Virus record (IMG/VR): IMGVR_UViG_3300008120_000127
Source of the DNA: an uncultured virus (IMG/VR IMGVR_UViG_3300008120_000127)
Taxonomy: Duplodnaviria > Heunggongvirae > Uroviricota > Caudoviricetes
Reading direction: 5' to 3' (one strand)
DNA length: 64,000 bases
The notes beneath the pieces were generated by a model. It did not search any database. It saw only the letters and a list, made by a program, of their open reading frames with translations, and was not told the origin of the DNA. Position numbers and translations under genes: made by a program. Below, one piece after another: positions 56,203 through 64,000 of the stretch (positions within the stretch are counted from its first letter, which is position 1; each line of letters begins with the position of its first letter).

Positions 56203-58797
56203 TTATAATGTTAAAGAATTTAGTTTTTCATAATATGGATCATTATTGATAGTTTTCATTTTTATAATTACACTATCTACAGATATTGGGTCAGAAGAAT
56301 CAATAATATTCTTTCTTATAACCAGTCTAAACCGCAAATTATTTGGTATATATTGATAGTAAACTGTGAACGGCTGATTAATTGGCCTATTGAATACAAG
56401 ATTTCTGCCACTCTGTATAAAGAGAGTTTCTTCCGTAGAGTAGAAAGATACTTTTTCTGAAGACAAAGAATAATTTGTCAAATTAATAGCCACAGTTCCA
56501 TCAGAAAGAATAACTGTCACAGGAGAATAGCCTGCGTTATTGCTAACAAAAGTAGTTCCAGTTGATTTATTGTAAATAATTCTAGAATAACTATCTCTAT
56601 CCACATATGGTGAGTAGCTTAACTTTACTGAAGAATTTATATCTGTTGATCCAAACATTTCTCCAGAACTATTTTCCGAAGAATAATTTGTTAAAGATTG
56701 AAGGATAACATTTCTTTTTATAAAGTCAACTTCATCAGGGGCAGAACCAGAAAAATCTAAATCGTAAGAAACTATAAATCTACTATTTATATTAAATACA
56801 TCCTGCGAAATAGATATAGTATTATCGGCAGTGCTGTAAATGTAGTTTGTGGAAACTCTTGGAATTAAGACACCATCCTTATAAAGCGCTATGGAATCAT
56901 TCTTGGCCTTAAATCTCAACTGAGCTTTTCTTGTTATATCGTTAGTAAATAATATTTCTGATTGAACAAAAGTATTGCCATGGCTAGAGATAGGTATCCA
57001 ATCAGATTCACTTGAAGGGATAGGTTTATTTGATAAAGATAGTTCATATGATGCTGGAGCCAATATGTTTCTATCAACATTTGAGACGCCGGCATTGTTG
57101 TTAAGGAAATATGGCTTAGCTTTTGCTGCGACAACCTGTCCGTTAACAGGAATTTTTCTACTGACAAAAACAGCTTTATCAGTGTTTTGGTTGAGTGTTT
57201 CAATAAATTCTATAGATTTAAGGGAGAAACTATATTCATAACCAAGGTTTGATTCTAGCACAGAAAGCTGAGAGTCTATAGAGGTTAATGGTGGCGCCAA
57301 AGCACCGGTGTCATATTGCTGATACCCAGTTGATCTAGCGTTACTGCTGGAACCGAGCATGAAGCCGGAAGAGAATAGTGACGATCCTGCTGTTATTCCT
57401 TCAATGTATTTATCTGAATCAAATATTTTATACTTACCAGAAAAAGTATTTAACATTGTATTGATTGCATTTACAAAAATAGGAGTGTTTGTAAAAACAT
57501 TTTTATCTTCTATAGTTAGATTATTAAATTCTTTTATTTGTTCATCTAAATTATAGATATAGCTATCAAATTCTTGCGGGAATCTGTACGCATAGTAGTC
57601 GATATCTGTTTTCTTATTTTTAGAGATACCTTTAACCGTACTTTTTCTTTTAAAGAACCAATAAATAATATCTTGGAACTTACTAAAGCGAGCTTTTCGA
57701 TCATTAATAACAGCTTTAACAAAAGAATCTAAAGCCTTAGAATTTAATTCTGAATTAATTGGTGATCTACTATTTTTTACATAATCTTGCTGATTAAATA
57801 TAAATATAATTTTTTTAATAGATTTTTTATTGAATCTTAAATCAAAAACTCTGTTCAATAAAGCCGGACCATTTAAGAGGACAGTGTAATTTTCAGATGG
57901 CGCAATATTGTTTGCATCAACGGGAGAGTTATGATAGACAACTGCTTGAAGAAGTCTAAAGTTAGTTGACTGATTTGGCTGGAATCTAATCGTATCAATA
58001 TTAATAGGCCTTTGTAGATTTATCTCAACTGCGGATATTGCCCCAGAAACATTTGAATAATCATAGTTGAAGTATTTGATATAATCTTTTAGCTGAGCTG
58101 ATAATATTGCTGGAGCCTTAACGGTTACTGACCATGAATCAAAAAAGTTATCATTGAATAAATTCTCAAAACTTGAATCAGTTGTCACGTAGTTATTGTA
58201 GTTGTTTGTAATATTTATTGATTTTATATTTCTAATAATATTTTTTACGTCTTGACCTTTACCAATTTTTAAAGTTCCACTAACTGGATCTATGTACGCG
58301 TTGTTTGTCTCGCCAAAAGAAACACCATCTCTATCTGGAATAGGAAATTGTGTGCCATCTGCCCTATAGTCGTTAAAGAAACTGTCAAATTTTTCTATGT
58401 AGTTAGCGTTAAATAGATCGTCTTTACCAGAAATAAATTCATAATTATCTATAAATACTTGAAGTTTATCTAAATCTTCTTCAACTTTTTCTATTTCAGA
58501 ACTAAATACTCCAACAATAGAATTCAGAGCGATGCCCGTAGCATTAGCTGCATTAAAAAGGTTCTGCATTCTTAGGTAGGCATTCCTGAATGCGTCAACC
58601 ATTGCTTCTTTCGTTAAGAGAGCAAAAGCTGGCACCTTAGCGCCTGAGTAATTGAGGTCAACAGTCATGTTTGACATTTTAGTTACCAGGAAATTTAAGT
58701 CAGTTTTTTCAAGCCTCATATCTCTGATTAGAGAGGAGACTGTAGCCCTGGAAGCGGAAGAGTATAAGCTAATTGTTTCTGGTAATGCGTGTATCAT
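56203..58797 (-). CDS. Putative virion (baseplate/tail) protein
   Basis: Coiled coil and YEYSFSLKSI. Confidence 0.65.
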   Translation of the reverse strand: MIHALPETISLYSSASRATVSSLIRDMRLEKTDLNFLVTKMSNMTVDLNYSGAKVPAFALLTKEAMVDAFRNAYLRMQNLFNAANATGIALNSIVGVFSSEIEKVEEDLDKLQVFIDNYEFISGKDDLFNANYIEKFDSFFNDYRADGTQFPIPDRDGVSFGETNNAYIDPVSGTLKIGKGQDVKNIIRNIKSINITNNYNNYVTTDSSFENLFNDNFFDSWSVTVKAPAILSAQLKDYIKYFNYDYSNVSGAISAVEINLQRPINIDTIRFQPNQSTNFRLLQAVVYHNSPVDANNIAPSENYTVLLNGPALLNRVFDLRFNKKSIKKIIFIFNQQDYVKNSRSPINSELNSKALDSFVKAVINDRKARFSKFQDIIYWFFKRKSTVKGISKNKKTDIDYYAYRFPQEFDSYIYNLDEQIKEFNNLTIEDKNVFTNTPIFVNAINTMLNTFSGKYKIFDSDKYIEGITAGSSLFSSGFMLGSSSNARSTGYQQYDTGALAPPLTSIDSQLSVLESNLGYEYSFSLKSIEFIETLNQNTDKAVFVSRKIPVNGQVVAAKAKPYFLNNNAGVSNVDRNILAPASYELSLSNKPIPSSESDWIPISSHGNTFVQSEILFTNDITRKAQLRFKAKNDSIALYKDGVLIPRVSTNYIYSTADNTISISQDVFNINSRFIVSYDLDFSGSAPDEVDFIKRNVILQSLTNYSSENSSGEMFGSTDINSSVKLSYSPYVDRDSYSRIIYNKSTGTTFVSNNAGYSPVTVILSDGTVAINLTNYSLSSEKVSFYSTEETLFIQSGRNLVFNRPINQPFTVYYQYIPNNLRFRLVIRKNIIDSSDPISVDSVIIKMKTINNDPYYEKLNSLTL

Positions 58798-61542
58798 TTA
58801 AGACCAATCTTCCCCTTCCATGTTTTGCAAATCGAAAACAATTCCGGCTGTTAAGTTATTTCTAATAATATTATATATTTCTTGTGGCGAAGTAAAGTTT
58901 TGTTTAACATTTTCAGGCACTCTAATTATAACATATCCACCGTTCATATAGGATGTTCCGCTTGCGGGATAGGTATCCCAATGGGATAGAATTTCAGGAA
59001 CTTCGTTAATTATATCTGAGTTTTCAATGTCAGCCTTAATTCCGCCTCCTCTTAATCTTAAGTCAAATAATTTAGGTTTAACTTTATTTGGATTATTTGT
59101 AACATATATAATAGCTACACACAGGGCAAACGGATCGTAGTCTATTGATGTTTCATCAAATATTGTTGAACTATAGGTAAAATTAACCGGATTGCTGTAT
59201 TGAAATTCTGTTACTTTTTCATAACTAAATACATTTACATCAGACTGATTAGGTGAATTCTTTTTATAGATATTTTTAGGCGTCAAGTAAACATACATTG
59301 GCTCATCAAATTGTATGCTATCAGAGTTTAAAAATGGGTTTAACGGTATAGGCGTACCATTAATGTGTCTAACTAGAGAATTTTTGTTTATTGTAGAATA
59401 ATCAACTTTTACCAGTGTTGTTTCGCTGGGTATAATTCGTTTTTTGAATTTGATTAATCCATTTTCACAATCTACATCTGATATCAACGAGTCATCGACC
59501 TTCACCCAAGGAGAATCAATCGTTGATCTAGTATAAATGTTAACTTCTTGACGGACAATTCCACCTATTGACTGACGGTAATCTGTTTTATGATTCCAAC
59601 TTAAAATTGGCGTTCTTCTTAATTTAATAGATTTACTGTCTATGATTAAAGGATTTTCGTTAACGACATCATAGTAACCATAACCATATATCTTAGACCA
59701 AGAGACATCAGATAAATCCATTGTAGAATATTCTGCCAACATTTCTTGTCCGGAATATATGGATTTCCAATCTGTATATTGAACTGAAGATTTTATTTTA
59801 ATTTTCTTATTAAAAGAACCATTAGAGATTGGGAGTTCCCATGCATCGAATTTTGACAAATTGGCGCTAATGTTATTTATTTGAACAGCGGATCCACCAC
59901 CGTGCTTAACGGAATAGATTGGAGTTAAATACTTCAATGGTATTCTTGTTGGAATAAATGTTGTTGAATTATTTTGTCCAACAAACTCGTTATCACCATT
60001 CGCTCCATCTGAGTCTAAGGCGCAAATGGCTATGTATATATTTTCAAAATTAGTAAAAGATGACCTCGTATAAAAGTCGACATAACTTAAAGAATGCCCT
60101 AATAGCTCTTGGGTACTTAAATCATAGAAACCATATCTAAAACCGTCAGAAGGAAGTTCATTAACTAACGAGAAATAACCGTAAGCTATATCCCTTTCTT
60201 CTTGAGAAAATGTTTGAGGATTTGACACTGATGCTGATATTTGCGCTAGTGTTGGCAGCCCTATTGGCTTGCCATTAGAATCGCATAGAAGCAATATTCC
60301 ATCACCATAATTAATTGAATTTTTTCCTTCAGGAAATATTTGTCCCAGGCGATTCTTTAATCTATAACCAGAAGAAAGGTCTATCTCAGTGGTTCTGGTA
60401 AGTGCATCTCCATAAAATGTGCTAGATGTTTCTAGTATAACATTATTTTCTTGCGTTTGCCTTATCGATATTGGTGAACCAGAAACTGTTTGACCTAGAC
60501 TTGTTGTATCCGATAGAGTTAAATTTTGCAAAGAAAAAGTTCCAGCTACCACATTATTTCTAAAATTAGGAATCTTTATTTCATACTCACCAGTCAACAA
60601 GTAGTCAACACTATTAAGATTAACACCAGATTCACTGGTAAAAGTTAATTCTCTTTGATTCACTCCATCTGGAGAATAACTAAGAGATGAAACATATTGA
60701 GTTTGCTGAGCCGAAACTCTTTCTACATTGGAAATATTAATCAAGGCCGGAGAAGATGGAGTGACATCGTTTAAGGAAGTAATAAAATTAGCTTTTACGT
60801 TAATTCTAATTGGGTCCTCATAATCTACTACCTGTGTTATATCTGGATCTTTTACCAATGCTGCAACATTGATTTCAGAAATGCCAAACCCCTCACCCTG
60901 ACCTAGGCCGTATATTCCGCCACCAACAAGATTTACCCATACATATCTTACGCTTTCTGCAGATCTTCCGTTCATTGGAATTTCTATATTGGTTGATACC
61001 GCAGATAGATCCAGCGCCTCAATGTTTGGATATTCAAATATATTTGTAGAAAAAGATGAATGCCAACCAAAAGAAATGGCCTTATAATTTCTCCATCTAA
61101 TGTCTTGATCTGGAACTATGATTATTTTTTCAACACTTAGAACTGATTGAGGTATTTCAAAAAATATTACATCAGAAGCCAGACTTGGCCCAGCAACTCC
61201 GGTGAATGTTGTTTTTCTATAGGTTTTACCAGAACCAATATCTGGCGCCAAACCCATCTCTTCAACCTTTTGTATATATTTTCTAATATCCTCTGAGGCA
61301 AACGTTTTCCAGGATTCAAATAACTGATTATCTGTTGCAATTAAATTAAGCCAATATTTGGCCAAATACCATTTAGTTTCACTGTCAACTTTTCCGTCAA
61401 TGTATCTTTGATTATTTGCAATCTGAAAAGATCTTACTGCGGAAGCGGTTGATGAACCATAATCTCCATCTACTGCTTTTGTATAGAAACCTGCAGCACC
61501 CAGTGTGTACTGTATATATTTAACGTATTCGTGCGTAGCCAT
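58798..61542 (-). CDS. Large virion protein with an N-terminal peptidoglycan-binding domain
   Basis: VKYIQYTL...VDGDYGSST.SAVRSFQ...IDGKVD.ET; C-terminal DLRLRGGG. Confidence 0.7.
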   Translation of the reverse strand: MATHEYVKYIQYTLGAAGFYTKAVDGDYGSSTASAVRSFQIANNQRYIDGKVDSETKWYLAKYWLNLIATDNQLFESWKTFASEDIRKYIQKVEEMGLAPDIGSGKTYRKTTFTGVAGPSLASDVIFFEIPQSVLSVEKIIIVPDQDIRWRNYKAISFGWHSSFSTNIFEYPNIEALDLSAVSTNIEIPMNGRSAESVRYVWVNLVGGGIYGLGQGEGFGISEINVAALVKDPDITQVVDYEDPIRINVKANFITSLNDVTPSSPALINISNVERVSAQQTQYVSSLSYSPDGVNQRELTFTSESGVNLNSVDYLLTGEYEIKIPNFRNNVVAGTFSLQNLTLSDTTSLGQTVSGSPISIRQTQENNVILETSSTFYGDALTRTTEIDLSSGYRLKNRLGQIFPEGKNSINYGDGILLLCDSNGKPIGLPTLAQISASVSNPQTFSQEERDIAYGYFSLVNELPSDGFRYGFYDLSTQELLGHSLSYVDFYTRSSFTNFENIYIAICALDSDGANGDNEFVGQNNSTTFIPTRIPLKYLTPIYSVKHGGGSAVQINNISANLSKFDAWELPISNGSFNKKIKIKSSVQYTDWKSIYSGQEMLAEYSTMDLSDVSWSKIYGYGYYDVVNENPLIIDSKSIKLRRTPILSWNHKTDYRQSIGGIVRQEVNIYTRSTIDSPWVKVDDSLISDVDCENGLIKFKKRIIPSETTLVKVDYSTINKNSLVRHINGTPIPLNPFLNSDSIQFDEPMYVYLTPKNIYKKNSPNQSDVNVFSYEKVTEFQYSNPVNFTYSSTIFDETSIDYDPFALCVAIIYVTNNPNKVKPKLFDLRLRGGGIKADIENSDIINEVPEILSHWDTYPASGTSYMNGGYVIIRVPENVKQNFTSPQEIYNIIRNNLTAGIVFDLQNMEGEDWS

Positions 61543-61554
61543 AGTATTCCTTAA

Positions 61555-64000
61555 TTAAGATGTTCTTGCTGTTCTCGTCAAAAATTCAGCTGGTATAATA
61601 ACTCTTGGGCCCAACTTTTCTTTTAGTTGCTGGAGGCTTATCTTGCCAGAGTTAAGTAGCATTTGTACTTTACCGTCTGATTTAGCTTTACCGATGTGAA
61701 CGCTGTATTCACCTAGGCTATATTTTGATACAATGCCAATATCATAAGATCTTCCTGACATTGATCCATCTTTCAGCCAATATCTCCATTCGGCAATTAT
61801 AAATGAGTCATATCCTGGACCAGCTAGCTGAATTTTATTCTGATTATGATAATCAAGACTGATCGACTTGAAATCAGAGCTAGATGTCATCTGCGGAATG
61901 GTTTGCGCTGCTACTTCAACAGATGTTGGTATTTTGTTTATTCTTTGCTCAATTCTGTCTGGCGACGCATAGATTGTTGGCGGATTTAGCTGATAATAAT
62001 TTGAAATGTACAAAGAGCTAAGGTAGTCCCCTACCGCACGCGCATCTTCTATGGACAAGAATCTTTCAGTTCCATCACCAGACGAATCCCATCCCTGCTT
62101 CCATATTCTTGTTTCGCCATGTATTTCGATGTCGCCCGTATAAGGGAATACGTTAGATGTTTCAGAAGTAGATTGAGCTCTTAATAAATCATAATCATCG
62201 ATAGCAGATTTTATAGAAGAAGTCTTTAAAGTTCTCAGCGCTGGCTCTGGAACAATAACAGTAGTTCTAGTTCTCTTTATGGTGCCCATTAAATCATATG
62301 TTAATTCGCCATTTAACTTAGTTTGGAAAACTGTCGGCTGATCAATTCCTTCATATGAAACAAAAGAAGACTTTAATCTAAACGAATACGAATGAAAACC
62401 AGAAGAAGGATTAAATCCACTTAGCAGCTGTCTACTTGAAGAACTATTTATAGGCCTTTCCAGCAAGGCGTATGGTCCCATCCCGGAAATAGGAGTAAGG
62501 GATTTTGAGTACTTTATGGTATATGCATACGCTGCAGCATTTGCTGGATGCGCAGTATCTCCGGTTGATTCATTTATCTCATGTAAACTATACGAAGATG
62601 GTACATTGATATTTGCCAAATCAGTGTCCGACAATTTGGTTGCGTCTTTAATTAAAACATCAGGATTAGTTACTTCAATGAAAAAATCCACATCATTAAC
62701 AGATATCTCTGACAAAATTGATACTTGTGTTGCTGGTAATTTTAATGACATTTTTTCTTTAAAATAATTAAATAAACTAGTATTGCTTGACGCTGCGTTC
62801 TTGGTCAGTACTCTGGCATATACTGATGTTGAAGGTGAAATTGGAGTTATTTCAAAATCATTTTTCTCAGAGTCATCCAGGGCGTCACTATACATGACCC
62901 ATGATGAATTCCAGTCTGTAACAAAATTAGTTAAAGAAGATATGACGGAAGAAGATTGTTGCGATCTAGCCTTTGAATAAAGGGCATAAGAAATTGTATT
63001 GTACAGCAGTTTGAACGGCCCTTCTATAATTGCTGGCAGTACATTTTCTGTTTCAATATTTCCGGCGTGTGTACTTTCATTGTTATCATTAACTGGTATT
63101 TCCGATGCTGACAATGAATACACTTTATTGCAGTATTCCATCACAGGAAAGGTTGTAGCTATGACATTGCCCTTAGATAAGTTATCTACAGCTGGAGAAT
63201 ATGATATAGCAGTACCTATAGTTTGTTGGGATCCTGTTGTTGGTCCAACCTTAACAAAACTATTGCCAGAAGTCGTATTGGAAAAATACTTATATGTCTT
63301 AGGATTTAAATCTCTTGTATACCTAGACCCAAATATACCATAATAAGTTTTTTCAAAAATGTTATCATTTATATCCCAGCCACCATTTTTATTGGAATCT
63401 ATAATATAATTATCAGCATTCATCGATGCGATAGTGCCAAACTTATTTGTGATGTAATCATTGATCTTTTGCGCCTGAAGTGGAGTAACTGAAAAATCTG
63501 GTGACCAAAAAATAATGTCATACTGAGATAAGTCTTGCGTGCTGACGGTATCAATATTTGTAAGCCAGTACGCACTGGTGTTTTTGTTTTGTGTATTGGC
63601 TAATGGATTTTGAAAATTAAAGTTAGATAAGTTAAAAGGTGAATTTTGTAATCTATATATTGTGTATGGGTTGATGTTTGAACTGCTAGTTTCGCCAGAG
63701 TATAGTATGCAAGAATTTACTGTTCTATTGGAACCAAAGTTTACTTCTGTTAAATTAAGAGCTCTTTTAACCCTGCCTATTATTCTCCAATTGAATACTT
63801 CATATGTTCTATAATCCTTAATAGCCTTGCTTGGCACTATGGCTTGATAACCATTTTTGATTACATTAGATTGACCATATGTGTTTACGAATCTGTTGTC
63901 CACTTTTTTAATAGAAAAAATATTTGATCCAATATAATTTGGATCTATAACAAACGACTCTTCTGGTAGCTCCTTAAACATTGGGACCGAATTAATATTT
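61555..64000 (-). CDS. Large putative virion protein, 5' end probably outside the window
   Basis: The frame stays open upstream of the ATG at 63981 to the window edge. Confidence 0.65.
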   Translation of the reverse strand, partial: NINSVPMFKELPEESFVIDPNYIGSNIFSIKKVDNRFVNTYGQSNVIKNGYQAIVPSKAIKDYRTYEVFNWRIIGRVKRALNLTEVNFGSNRTVNSCILYSGETSSSNINPYTIYRLQNSPFNLSNFNFQNPLANTQNKNTSAYWLTNIDTVSTQDLSQYDIIFWSPDFSVTPLQAQKINDYITNKFGTIASMNADNYIIDSNKNGGWDINDNIFEKTYYGIFGSRYTRDLNPKTYKYFSNTTSGNSFVKVGPTTGSQQTIGTAISYSPAVDNLSKGNVIATTFPVMEYCNKVYSLSASEIPVNDNNESTHAGNIETENVLPAIIEGPFKLLYNTISYALYSKARSQQSSSVISSLTNFVTDWNSSWVMYSDALDDSEKNDFEITPISPSTSVYARVLTKNAASSNTSLFNYFKEKMSLKLPATQVSILSEISVNDVDFFIEVTNPDVLIKDATKLSDTDLANINVPSSYSLHEINESTGDTAHPANAAAYAYTIKYSKSLTPISGMGPYALLERPINSSSSRQLLSGFNPSSGFHSYSFRLKSSFVSYEGIDQPTVFQTKLNGELTYDLMGTIKRTRTTVIVPEPALRTLKTSSIKSAIDDYDLLRAQSTSETSNVFPYTGDIEIHGETRIWKQGWDSSGDGTERFLSIEDARAVGDYLSSLYISNYYQLNPPTIYASPDRIEQRINKIPTSVEVAAQTIPQMTSSSDFKSISLDYHNQNKIQLAGPGYDSFIIAEWRYWLKDGSMSGRSYDIGIVSKYSLGEYSVHIGKAKSDGKVQMLLNSGKISLQQLKEKLGPRVIIPAEFLTRTARTS

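Noticed and set aside
1..64000. Stop-codon reassignment
   Set aside because: Known genes are full length in the standard code, TAA, TGA and TAG all end genes, and the only tRNA is Ser(GCT), not a suppressor.

Overview
This window is part of a large, AT-rich tailed bacteriophage genome that uses the standard genetic code, with almost all genes on the minus strand. The host is probably a monoderm actinobacterium, inferred from an LPXTG-anchored protein, an r1t-type holin, an M15 endolysin, an MSMEG_6728-like glycosylase, DnaE and leaderless genes. From left to right the window holds: (1) a flavin halogenase, methyltransferase-like and 2OG-Fe(II) oxygenase group beside a His-rich Gly-rich fibre protein and a 1418-aa collagen-like tail fibre; (2) a divergent secreted LCCL/FN3 protein and two HiPIP-like paralogs; (3) a glycosyl-, methyl- and acetyltransferase cluster with tRNA-Ser(GCT); (4) a lysis cassette and an LPXTG protein among about ten Lys-rich microproteins; (5) a sigma factor and replication genes (DnaE, AEP-PriL primase, DnaB, Cas4-like nucleases); (6) nucleotide metabolism and modification genes (C5 MTase with a nested alternate-frame ORF, three more GTs, dCMP deaminase, ThyX, class II RNR); (7) large paralogous virion proteins. 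Two promoter classes can be read directly: sigmaA-like TGnTATAAT and a recurrent TTACTAT motif 24-46 nt upstream of late-type genes. All protein calls come from recognising motifs by eye; no database search was run.
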